Positions 26,184 through 34,269 of a stretch of 34,563 nucleotides of DNA are shown here, piece after piece (the first letter of the stretch is position 1; every line of letters starts with the position of its first letter). Both the position numbers and the translations under genes were made by a program. The notes under the pieces were generated by a model, which was not told the origin of the DNA, did no database searches, and saw only the letters and a list, made by a program, of their open reading frames with translations. The stretch lies in IMG/VR virus record IMGVR_UViG_3300034033_000050; one strand, given 5' to 3'. Source of the stretch: a virus.

Positions 26184-26873
26184 ATGAAAAAGAAAAAAAT
26201 TGCATTTGCAGCACATACGGGCAACGTTATGAAAAGTACGTTATCTCAAGCTATGACCATAATGTGCGGGAATCTTGGCATTAAATCATCAATAGCTTGT
26301 GCTGATGTTGACATGAGGTCAGCCTATGAGACATTAACCGACAGATTTAACATAAGCAAAGAAAAGAACGATCACAAGAAAATGTATAAAGTTATCAATG
26401 CAGATAGTGTTCAAAATGCAATTGATTCCCATACTGATGAAGATCTATATATTATTGATTGTCCATCACCCATTAAAGATTCTATCGTGACTTTAATTGA
26501 CAATGTTGATTGTCTGGTTATGCCATGTCCCGGGAGTGTTAAGGACATAAGAGCTGCCACCAAAGTTATATACAGCCTTGGCTCTAAAGGAATACCAACA
26601 GATAAGATACTTATAGTTATGTCCAGAATCTCCTCAAACAATAAATCAGCACAAAAAGAGTTTAAATTCGCTTGTAATTATTTAAATAGTATAAAAGTAT
26701 TATCTCCAGATAAGCTTAAGTTTAAAATATTTCCAGAGTATTTTAGAGAACTCAAAAGTTATCGAGATGCAATTAATATGGGGAATGCAATCTTTGAGAC
26801 CACAAATCTTGGCATAAACATAGAGACCAAAGATAAAATAAAAAAATTAATCAAAACAACAATGGAGTACTAA
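26184..26873 (+). CDS. parA: ParA/StbB-like Walker-type partition ATPase (type Ib size)
   Basis: Deviant Walker A HTGNVMKST, ADVD, YIIDCP, LVMP....KD, YRDAINMG. Confidence 0.8.
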   Translation: MKKKKIAFAAHTGNVMKSTLSQAMTIMCGNLGIKSSIACADVDMRSAYETLTDRFNISKEKNDHKKMYKVINADSVQNAIDSHTDEDLYIIDCPSPIKDSIVTLIDNVDCLVMPCPGSVKDIRAATKVIYSLGSKGIPTDKILIVMSRISSNNKSAQKEFKFACNYLNSIKVLSPDKLKFKIFPEYFRELKSYRDAINMGNAIFETTNLGINIETKDKIKKLIKTTMEY

Positions 26874-26874
26874 A

Positions 26875-27252
26875 ATGGCAAATCCTAGAACGCCCAATTT
26901 TGAAGGGCTAGACCAATTTACTACCAAGCCCACGCTTGTAGATCCGCTTACATCACCAGAGCATAAAATAGAAACATCTCATATTGAACAAGAGATTAAC
27001 AAACAACCATCAAAGACACCGGCAGTAAAAAAGCCAAAAAAAGACAAGGTGAAAAAAGAAAAGGTCCTCAGACGTAATGAGGTAGTGCGTGAATCGCATT
27101 TATCAACCATGATATCATTGGACACCTATGAGAAGTTAGAAGAGTTACAATATAAAATGCGGCGTAAAACGAAGAAAAAAATTCACCTCAATTATTTGAT
27201 AGAAGAGGGTGTTGAGCTTTTGTACGCCAAGCACATCAAAGATTTAAAGTAA
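26875..27252 (+). CDS. Putative centromere-binding protein (ParG-like, ribbon-helix-helix C-terminus)
   Basis: Immediately after parA; disordered N-terminus; LSTMISLDTYEKLEEL...LNYLIEEGVELL is RHH-like. Confidence 0.6.
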   Translation: MANPRTPNFEGLDQFTTKPTLVDPLTSPEHKIETSHIEQEINKQPSKTPAVKKPKKDKVKKEKVLRRNEVVRESHLSTMISLDTYEKLEELQYKMRRKTKKKIHLNYLIEEGVELLYAKHIKDLK

Positions 27253-27338
27253 ATCTCATCAACATGGGCTGCAGCATTAATCATACCCTGGTTCATTATA
27301 GGATCACTATATTATTTGCGCGGTCCATTAAAAGGTCA

Positions 27339-27405
27339 GCTCACACATTTTATTCTATTTCTGTGTGAGTTAAGATAAGAGGGTGCTTGCACCCTCTTTA
27401 TTTTT
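27339..27405. terminator. Two hairpins between convergent genes (bidirectional terminator)
   Basis: CTCACACA...TGTGTGAG and AAGAGGGTGC-tt-GCACCCTCTT. Confidence 0.75.
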
Positions 27406-27418
27406 GCCGATAGACTAA

Positions 27419-27832
27419 TTATAAAATATGATCTAGTAACAACAGATGTAACTCATCAAAATTATCAACACTAAATTTAACACCATTTAGATTCAAACCA
27501 TGGCGAAGATCAATATCAATCTGAGAGATATTAGCACCTTCATCAACTTTAAATTCAGCAATAGCAATATGTTTAGCGCCCATTACAAAGTTATACGAAA
27601 CCTTCAGCCCAGGGCTGGCATCAGAAATATTGACTACTAAATTATGTCCATTTGCAATAAAACGATGCGCACTAATACCATCTTCTTGATTGACATAATA
27701 CTCAGGTAAAATATCACCAAGCTCATTACTTGCGTTACATAGGTGGCCAATGATATATTTACGCATATTGACCATGTTAGTATAGACCGCTCCTTTTGCT
27801 TTCAAGGATTCTAAAACTTCACTTTTTTTCAT
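27419..27832 (-). CDS. Hypothetical protein
   Basis: GGAG RBS; promoter motif at 27896-27910. Confidence 0.75.
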   Translation of the reverse strand: MKKSEVLESLKAKGAVYTNMVNMRKYIIGHLCNASNELGDILPEYYVNQEDGISAHRFIANGHNLVVNISDASPGLKVSYNFVMGAKHIAIAEFKVDEGANISQIDIDLRHGLNLNGVKFSVDNFDELHLLLLDHIL

Positions 27833-27911
27833 ATGTTCTCCAAATTTACATTAAATATTAAAGGTCTTTATTTAAACCTCATTAACAACATTGATATTAT
27901 AACAAAACGAC

Positions 27912-27938
27912 AAAACCCGCCAATCATAAAAGCGGGTT
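27912..27938 (-). terminator. Terminator-like hairpin
   Basis: AACCCGC-N11-GCGGGTT-TT. Confidence 0.6.
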
Positions 27939-27953
27939 CACGGGTTTTAGTTA

Positions 27954-28331
27954 TTATCTTTCAACTCTTTGGAATCTGGGATTTATGATAAGTCCAGTAT
28001 GAGAATTAATAACACTAGCCAACATTTCAGCATAAGCACCTTGGAAAGTATTAACTACATTGTGAACTGGTAAAAATATTCCTAGCTCTTTGTCTTTTTT
28101 TCTGCCAATCTTAATAAATTCAAGGTCATAGGTATCGTTTGAATTAAGCGTTATGCGTATGTAATTAATACCTTCTTTAGCGCGACATGTAAACTTGAAT
28201 ACCAATGTTTGGTTATATTTTCCATCACTAAAGAAATCTTTAGCACCCATTACAATTTTCAATCTTCGCTGACCGCCTAATTGTTGTAAGATGATATCTG
28301 CTGCTGTTGGTTGTTTATAAGGTTGTGACAT
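27954..28331 (-). CDS. Hypothetical protein (A..IL.QLGG...MGAK...DTYD family seen in phages/plasmids)
   Basis: ORF; promoter motif at 28362-28376. Confidence 0.75.
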   Translation of the reverse strand: MSQPYKQPTAADIILQQLGGQRRLKIVMGAKDFFSDGKYNQTLVFKFTCRAKEGINYIRITLNSNDTYDLEFIKIGRKKDKELGIFLPVHNVVNTFQGAYAEMLASVINSHTGLIINPRFQRVER

Positions 28332-28386
28332 AATAAATTCTCTTTTGGTTAGTATTATTTAATTATAGATAAGCTAAATATAGCTA

Positions 28387-28707
28387 TTAAGCAACTACCG
28401 GCATATTTTCATTTGGCCCCATTAAAATTTCACGAAGTTCAAGATTGGCTTTAAATATTTCACCAAGCCTTACGTATATAAGTAAAACTCGGCATCTGTT
28501 AGCAGGCAATCCTTCAACGGTCAAAAGTCCTTTTTCTTGAACGTGTGTATTATCTGGGATCAACTTCCAATCTTTATCGCCTTTTTTCTTAATGAATAAA
28601 TAATTACTCACGTAATAGGGCAAACCTAATTTTCTATAGTCGAAAAACGGTTCAGCTATAATCCGTATAGCCAATCCATTTCTCTCTATGACCTTTTCAT
28701 GCCTCAT
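28387..28707 (-). CDS. Hypothetical protein
   Basis: GAGG RBS; promoter motif at 28746-28760. Confidence 0.7.
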   Translation of the reverse strand: MRHEKVIERNGLAIRIIAEPFFDYRKLGLPYYVSNYLFIKKKGDKDWKLIPDNTHVQEKGLLTVEGLPANRCRVLLIYVRLGEIFKANLELREILMGPNENMPVVA

Positions 28708-28764
28708 TTAATTTAACCTCGATTAGTTGATTTATTTACACTTCAATTATAGATAAGCTAGAAC

Positions 28765-29109
28765 CTACGCGACTTTCGCCGCGATTTGTGGGACTTGTGA
28801 TGGTTCTAAATCTATGATTTTAGAGTTACTAGGCTGCGCATCTTCGATGAAACTAGCATTATCAAGATTTGATGTGTACTCAATGCCCTTATCAGAGCAT
28901 AAAGTAGCAATGGCGATTCTGCCATCAATGGCTTTACCTTTTACATCCAAGGCATCAAGCACGTCTTGAGCTTTATTTGAACCCAGAATGACAGCAACTC
29001 CGCCATCACGCAAAGCATGTCTAGCCGAAGACTTGAAAGAAACTTCAAAACGGTAAAGACCGTTAGTTACAGAAGCAAGAGCGATTGATTGAATTTGAGA
29101 TAATTTCAT
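28765..29109 (-). CDS. Hypothetical protein
   Basis: ORF; promoter motif at 29154-29168. Confidence 0.7.
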   Translation of the reverse strand: MKLSQIQSIALASVTNGLYRFEVSFKSSARHALRDGGVAVILGSNKAQDVLDALDVKGKAIDGRIAIATLCSDKGIEYTSNLDNASFIEDAQPSNSKIIDLEPSQVPQIAAKVA

Positions 29110-29328
29110 AATAATCCCTTTTGGTTAGTTGATTAGAATAATTAAGTTGATAAATTATAGAATCACTAAAATATGAAAATATCTGATATCTGATATTTGA
29201 TGGGGTTGGATGTGATGTTATTCCTAGATGCATCTTAAGTTTTAAATTAAGAGATTATAAGAAGCGAAATATCCCAAAGAACATTAGCTGAAATCAAATC
29301 TTATCCCCCCATACAAATTCAGTAAGGT

Positions 29329-29910
29329 TTATTCAAACCCATTACTAAAGATTATAGGCGTATCTAATAAGCCTGTTAAATCAACGGGATTATCACAAAG
29401 GATATCACCATTTGCGGAGTTAAAACTAAGAACATAGATATTTGAAGCTGAATAATAATTCATATTTACATTCCCAGTCCCCAGATCAAATAACAAAGTA
29501 TTACCCAGTAAAACTAACTGAGCACCACCACTTAAAATACTAGAACCAGATACGGTATGACAATTGAAATAGTCTTGTTTTATCCATAGAAGGTCGGCAA
29601 TCCCTGAAAAATCAAGATACGCTTCTGTGCTAAACGCATAATAATTCCCATCAAAGCCTATGTACTGGGAGCGGGTAGGGCAGTTAGGCTCATCATATAC
29701 AAAATCAACATTAGCAACAGTTCCCATTATGGAATCAGTAATCAGGTCCATATTGTATTTACAGGTATTGGCAAAATAATTGGTGGGATACTCTATCGGC
29801 AAAGTACAGCAAGTACCATCGCTACCTGTTATTTTTAAATTTCCAGCATTGGAAGATGTGCTCAATAGAACTAAGGCAATAATTGCAAATAATTTCATAA
29901 ATGTACTCAT
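29329..29910 (-). CDS. Secreted protein with C-terminal IFSNGFE motif
   Basis: Signal peptide ending SNA; six Cys; ends PIIFSNGFE. Confidence 0.75.
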   Translation of the reverse strand: MSTFMKLFAIIALVLLSTSSNAGNLKITGSDGTCCTLPIEYPTNYFANTCKYNMDLITDSIMGTVANVDFVYDEPNCPTRSQYIGFDGNYYAFSTEAYLDFSGIADLLWIKQDYFNCHTVSGSSILSGGAQLVLLGNTLLFDLGTGNVNMNYYSASNIYVLSFNSANGDILCDNPVDLTGLLDTPIIFSNGFE

Positions 29911-29958
29911 AGTTTGATTACTTCATTATAGTGAAACGCTTATTTCACATTCTTTTAT

Positions 29959-29983
29959 ACAGGTGCGCCAACTGCGCACCTGT
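29959..29983. terminator. Perfect hairpin
   Basis: ACAGGTGCGC-caact-GCGCACCTGT. Confidence 0.7.
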
Positions 29984-30001
29984 GAATATTACCATAAAAC
30001 A

Positions 30002-30271
30002 TTAGAAAATGTGAGAAGTAACTCTGCAAACACTGGCATCAACTCCATCAACAGCGTTTAAAAAATCTAAATCAGACCAATAATCACCGAAGTTTAGGCA
30101 AAAATCACGGAATTTGGTAGTTTTATAGTTATTGAATTGATCGCGTACAACCTTGGCATGGAATATTGACTCACTTGCAAAATCAACTATCTTTAAGATT
30201 AATTGATGACTTGAGAGCCAGCCATTGGTGATAAGGTCTTTTTTAATTGTAATGATATTTAATTTGCTCAT
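30002..30271 (-). CDS. Hypothetical protein (89 aa; start corrected)
   Basis: ATG 30271 (MSKLN) with AGGA RBS. The promoter motif at 30303-30317 and a terminator lie inside the track's longer N-terminus. Confidence 0.7.
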   Translation of the reverse strand: MSKLNIITIKKDLITNGWLSSHQLILKIVDFASESIFHAKVVRDQFNNYKTTKFRDFCLNFGDYWSDLDFLNAVDGVDASVCRVTSHIF

Positions 30272-30337
30272 GATATTTAATCCTAATGTTGTTAGATAAA
30301 ATATTATAAACAGGCTAGATAACCACAAATTTAAGGC

Positions 30338-30366
30338 AAAAAAATAGCCCATATTATTGGGCTATT
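30338..30366 (-). terminator. Rho-independent terminator
   Basis: AATAGCCCA-ataata-TGGGCTATT-TTTTT. Confidence 0.8.
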
Positions 30367-30547
30367 AAAATATCAATGCACTAAAGTCTTTTATAATTCG
30401 CTTTATATGCTACAAACCATCTACTTCCATCCATCTTTATTCACACATTCCTCAAATTATTATTTCACGGCTTAAACTACATTCAGTCAATCAATAACTG
30501 ATATTTACAAAACACCTCAATTTTTCATATCATCTCCTTTTTTAGAT
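30338..30547 (-). ncRNA. Candidate sRNA of about 210 nt (or decayed gene) between a promoter motif and a terminator
   Basis: Promoter motif at 30554-30568; terminator at 30338-30366; longest ATG ORF I found is 17 codons. Confidence 0.35.
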
Positions 30548-30627
30548 TAACTAATTATATTAGAACGAGAACATCAAATAAATTCTAAACCTCGATAAGC
30601 CAACCACCCCAGTATATATTCTTTAAT

Positions 30628-30897
30628 TCAAAGGCTGTCAGCGATCTTTGTAAGTTTTTCTAAATCCAAACAAGCAAACGAATAACTGTGGCCATTATTA
30701 TCAATAAAGTTATAATTACAGACCTCAGTAATATACCTATCAGCTTCTAGATTATATTGATAGGCATGCGGCAACTTGAGCACCCTATTTGTCGAAAACA
30801 TACTTTCAACCCCTTTTTCCTTAACCTTTTTATCAATACGCTCTTCAATATCATCGATAAGCTTATTATATCTAGATTCAAACGAACCCATTTGCAT
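30628..30897 (-). CDS. Hypothetical protein
   Basis: GGAG RBS; third gene of a three-gene unit. Confidence 0.7.
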   Translation of the reverse strand: MQMGSFESRYNKLIDDIEERIDKKVKEKGVESMFSTNRVLKLPHAYQYNLEADRYITEVCNYNFIDNNGHSYSFACLDLEKLTKIADSL

Positions 30898-30902
30898 CTC
30901 TC

Positions 30903-31199
30903 CTATCTTATTATTTTAACGATAAAGTGAAAACCAATATCGTGTTTTTTAAAAAACTGCTCCGCACTTAATATACTCTTCTTCAATACTTTATTATCAA
31001 TCAATTCTTTCATTAATGTGAAAACGTGTTCTTGCACCATGGATTCGTCATACCTTTGACTACCCATAAAACACTCGATCTCATCACAAGAGCCACGATT
31101 TATAAAGACCATGCCTTGATATTCGTCACCAAACCGATTGAAAAAGCAGAAAATATTTCTGATATCAACTTCACCAGGCATTAAAATCGATTCTAGCAT
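30903..31199 (-). CDS. Hypothetical protein
   Basis: Start overlaps the upstream stop. Confidence 0.65.
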   Translation of the reverse strand: MLESILMPGEVDIRNIFCFFNRFGDEYQGMVFINRGSCDEIECFMGSQRYDESMVQEHVFTLMKELIDNKVLKKSILSAEQFFKKHDIGFHFIVKIIR

Positions 31200-31453
31200 A
31201 ATATATTCACTATTTTGGTCAATGAACCATCATCATTTTTATAAACACCGCCAGCCCTAACACCCGTTTTCTTGGGAAAACAAAATCCATAGCACAAACC
31301 CTTTGACTTATTTGGCTCAAACAATGTAGCTGTTATTGCTATACAGACATCATCCTCAAGACCATTCAAATGCTCTGCAGCTAACTTTGTAACCTCGCTG
31401 ACATTCTGGTCATTAATGTTAAAATCCACCTTGCTGTTATGTTGTACCATCAT
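31193..31453 (-). CDS. Hypothetical protein
   Basis: AGGT RBS; promoter motif at 31480-31494. Confidence 0.65.
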   Translation of the reverse strand: MMVQHNSKVDFNINDQNVSEVTKLAAEHLNGLEDDVCIAITATLFEPNKSKGLCYGFCFPKKTGVRAGGVYKNDDGSLTKIVNILC

Positions 31454-31512
31454 TGTAATTTACCTGTTTATGTTGATTAATTCTAGACAAACAAAAATTA
31501 AGCCCATAATTA

Positions 31513-32001
31513 TTAGCCAAAACCAAATAGCGTTTGTTGAGCTCCAGCAAACTTTTCCATCTCTGCTGATTTCTGGTCTTTAATTGCTTTGATACCAGCT
31601 TGCTCATCTTTATATTCAGCCACTCCTTTTAAAATGCCCTCAAACAGTTCAATGGCCTGTTCTTGAGTTAAAGCACCGGCACAGTTATTGCCAAAAAGAT
31701 TAACCGTTTGTCCAGTACCGGTATAATGACCCCACCCCTTGCTTGCTGCAAAAAATTGAATAGTTCCAGAATGAGTTGTATTAGTACCATCATCAAACTC
31801 ACTCATATGACGCACCACAAGCCAAGCCTTCAATCCACCTGACTCATACATAAAACAATCCTCGTATCGCTTAACGTGCCATTGAACAAGCTCATCATCT
31901 AATTCAATTACTTCATGTTCATACCCATGGGATTCAGAATTCATAACAACCACATCACTTGTTAGAAACCCATCTTTTGTTTTGATATTTGATATTTGCA
32001 T
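31513..32001 (-). CDS. Hypothetical protein
   Basis: AGGTG RBS; promoter motif at 32041-32055. Confidence 0.75.
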   Translation of the reverse strand: MQISNIKTKDGFLTSDVVVMNSESHGYEHEVIELDDELVQWHVKRYEDCFMYESGGLKAWLVVRHMSEFDDGTNTTHSGTIQFFAASKGWGHYTGTGQTVNLFGNNCAGALTQEQAIELFEGILKGVAEYKDEQAGIKAIKDQKSAEMEKFAGAQQTLFGFG

Positions 32002-32056
32002 AAGTCACCTGTTAAATTACATAGTTTTTAATATTAAAATATTATAGTGAAGCTAC

Positions 32057-32081
32057 ATCCCCAAGCGCGTAGCTTGGGGAT
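32057..32081. terminator. Hairpin abutting the promoter motif
   Basis: ATCCCCAAGC-gcgta-GCTTGGGGAT. Confidence 0.65.
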
Positions 32082-32086
32082 TGCAA

Positions 32087-32446
32087 CTACATGCCGACAG
32101 GCTTACTTGTTACAGCAAATATATGATTTCTGTTATCAGTCGCAATAACTGAAAATTCCCGATTCCTTGTTAAAAATCCATTCATTTCATCAACATCATC
32201 ATCCACCATACCAATTTCAAATAATTTATTATCTGACTTTATGAAAAAACCATCACCCTTGGCAGGAGCAGGCGGTACCCAATTATTAACATCAGCCACC
32301 AAATGGCGACCAAACAACGTACCTACAACACTAGAACCACCAGTAACACGATTTTTATCAAAAATGGCATCAGTAACAGTTAGCAACTGCCCACCATGAC
32401 GAACCACTAATTCCATCCAGTCATTATCAAAAGTTAATTTGTTCAT
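32087..32446 (-). CDS. Hypothetical protein
   Basis: ATG 32446 (MNKLTF) preferred over GTG 32458; promoter motif at 32474-32488. Confidence 0.7.
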   Translation of the reverse strand: MNKLTFDNDWMELVVRHGGQLLTVTDAIFDKNRVTGGSSVVGTLFGRHLVADVNNWVPPAPAKGDGFFIKSDNKLFEIGMVDDDVDEMNGFLTRNREFSVIATDNRNHIFAVTSKPVGM

Positions 32447-32580
32447 TGTATTTCTCACTATTATTAATGCTTAATTATAAGATAACTCAAATTTCAAAAT
32501 TAACCATACCAACCTTGAGCACGCCATCCCCACCATAATCATTCGGCACCAGCACCATCTTGCAGCAATCTAAAACGACT

Positions 32581-32835
32581 CTAATAATCCACACCAACAG
32601 ATGTAGAAGATGTAGAAGTAGAGTAGGGCACTAACACGTCATAATGTTCTTGTGTTATGAAGTCATAGCCTTCCCAGAATATCGCCTTATCAAGCATCTC
32701 ATCTAATTTCAAATCATCAACCTTAACAACCTCAAGGGTTAATCTCTTATTCTTCGCATCATCAACAAGAACATCTATGCCCTCACCACCTGTAAGCGTA
32801 CAAACCGCTTCAACACCATATAAAATATGTTTCAT
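32581..32835 (-). CDS. Hypothetical protein
   Basis: Directly abuts the upstream gene; GAGGA RBS. Confidence 0.65.
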   Translation of the reverse strand: MKHILYGVEAVCTLTGGEGIDVLVDDAKNKRLTLEVVKVDDLKLDEMLDKAIFWEGYDFITQEHYDVLVPYSTSTSSTSVGVDY

Positions 32836-33030
32836 TTAAATTTCCTCTACATCAATTAATTTATACATTTCTAACCAACAAGCACCACATTCACGGCACT
32901 TAACATCACGTCCAGCACTTCCGTCACCAACATCCACATTAGTATATTCCATCTCGTAACTGCCACAGTGCATACACTTGAATGGCTTGTCCAAGTAAGC
33001 ATCTTTTTTTCTTTGTGTGATTGTTGACAT
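32836..33030 (-). CDS. Small Zn-ribbon protein
   Basis: CMHCGS...CRECGA; promoter motif at 33061-33075. Confidence 0.75.
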   Translation of the reverse strand: MSTITQRKKDAYLDKPFKCMHCGSYEMEYTNVDVGDGSAGRDVKCRECGACWLEMYKLIDVEEI

Positions 33031-33097
33031 GATTTATACCAATGCTGTTAATATGGAAATATTATAATTTAACGAAAATCACAGACGTTGATGAAAT

Positions 33098-33838
33098 TTA
33101 AAAGCCCATTGAATCTAGCATCTTCTTAAATTCCACGTAAAAACTACAATTCTTTGTTCCTTCATAATATTCAATATTATGTGTTACATACTTGTAAATC
33201 GACCACATCACATCCCCATCGATCATAGAATGGTTTGATTTAACAACTTGTTGCAAGTAATAATCAATGACATCAGGCTCTTGTAGTTCGCGCTTAACAA
33301 CCAAGGCCAAATGTTCTGCCTCTGTGTAAGGCTTCTCTAAGCGCAAGTATTTGTTGATTACACCATCAGCATCAGTTTTTAACATTTCAAGCACTGGCAC
33401 TAAGTATGTATCCCTTATCAATGCTTTAATGACATCACCATCATCTCCATACAGCCAGTTTTGAAAAACATCAGAATTTAGAAAAACATTATTAACAAGC
33501 CGAGTTATTTTCTCAATGGCAAAAGCGTGCGTGCATTCAACGTATTCAATATTGATATTGGCATCACTCACAATCTGTTTTAGGCTTATATCAACACTAG
33601 GGCGAAGGTTAACGCCATATACCTCAACTTGTTGTCCACAGACGCCCTCTTGGTCAAGTTCTACTAACCACTTGCCATTAAGAGAATGATGGGCATAATC
33701 ATGATTGACATTAATATTATCCAACCTATTAATATTTGATAGCTTTTTGATTATGATACCTTGGCCAAGTCTATATTGGCCATCATAAACAGGCGCGTGA
33801 TAAACCTTCATACCAATTTTAAGTTCTTTTAACTGCAT
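33098..33838 (-). CDS. Hypothetical protein (SH3/KOW-like N-terminus possible)
   Basis: LKIGMKV start; promoter motif at 33868-33882. Confidence 0.7.
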   Translation of the reverse strand: MQLKELKIGMKVYHAPVYDGQYRLGQGIIIKKLSNINRLDNINVNHDYAHHSLNGKWLVELDQEGVCGQQVEVYGVNLRPSVDISLKQIVSDANINIEYVECTHAFAIEKITRLVNNVFLNSDVFQNWLYGDDGDVIKALIRDTYLVPVLEMLKTDADGVINKYLRLEKPYTEAEHLALVVKRELQEPDVIDYYLQQVVKSNHSMIDGDVMWSIYKYVTHNIEYYEGTKNCSFYVEFKKMLDSMGF

Positions 33839-33913
33839 TGGGATTCTCGAAATTATTAATTAATTGAATTATAGTTGCACTAACATTAGACAAGCTATAA
33901 CAATACACACCAA

Positions 33914-34192
33914 CTACTCAACCTCTCCCAACAAAGAAGCATCGCAACTCATCAAGGTGTCAACAGGGTGGGGGAACCAATAGGAATCAGTACTCAAGTG
34001 CGCATCACTGCCATCAAACCCAATAATGCTATGCACCCACTTAACGCCATAATCGTTTTCCCAACGAACCACATCACCAACCTTTAGTTCGCAGCCATTA
34101 GGAGCAATATTTGTTAGTTTTTCCTTGGCATAAGCTAAAGCCTTAGCACTAGGAATAAGATTGCCATCATATACTTTATTAATATTGGCCAT
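33914..34192 (-). CDS. Hypothetical protein (LKVGDVV...NDYGV...IIGF...YWFP)
   Basis: ORF; promoter motif at 34221-34235. Confidence 0.7.
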   Translation of the reverse strand: MANINKVYDGNLIPSAKALAYAKEKLTNIAPNGCELKVGDVVRWENDYGVKWVHSIIGFDGSDAHLSTDSYWFPHPVDTLMSCDASLLGEVE

Positions 34193-34237
34193 TTGATATC
34201 TCGTTTATTGTTAATCGTTAATTATAGTCATGCAAAG

Positions 34238-34269
34238 AAAACCCCCGCATATTGTTATATACGAGGCCT
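34238..34269 (-). terminator. Terminator-like hairpin
   Basis: Minus-strand RNA GCCUCGUAUAU-aaca-AUAUGCGGGGG-UUUU with G-U pairs. Confidence 0.55.

Larger units (their letters stand above)
20020..34235 (-). promoter_or_regulatory. Dispersed family of 22 promoter motifs (T)(A)G-Y-N5-TATAAT
   Basis: 15-bp motifs with lowest + coordinates 20020, 20568, 21069, 21253, 22842, 24277, 24614, 24855, 25177, 27896, 28362, 28746, 29154, 29925, 30303, 30554, 31480, 32041, 32474, 33061, 33868, 34221. Twenty lie shortly upstream of a minus-strand start codon; two precede ORF-less units. Confidence 0.85.

Noticed and set aside
25927-26214. 95-aa minus-strand ORF
   Set aside because: Low-complexity translation of the 8-bp repeat array; overlaps the parA start on the opposite strand.
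925-26641. Short ORFs in the track nested in longer genes, mostly antisense (e.g. 925, 2977, 8246, 13481, 14036, 15118, 18210, 20653, 24141, 26411)
   Set aside because: Shadows of well-supported genes, with no RBS or motif support.
27253-27378. Hydrophobic reading frame after the RHH gene (possible type I toxin)
   Set aside because: The hydrophobic frame follows the TAA without a start codon; the ATG frame lacks an RBS and overlaps terminator hairpins.
30272-30352. N-terminal extension of the 30002-30352 ORF
   Set aside because: Spans a terminator and the promoter motif; the ATG at 30271 has an RBS.
32487-32630. 9-bp duplication (TTCTACATC x2) and a shifted frame past the stop of 32581-32835
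   Set aside because: The duplication is in frame; there is no evidence for slippage or for the alternative frame being coding.
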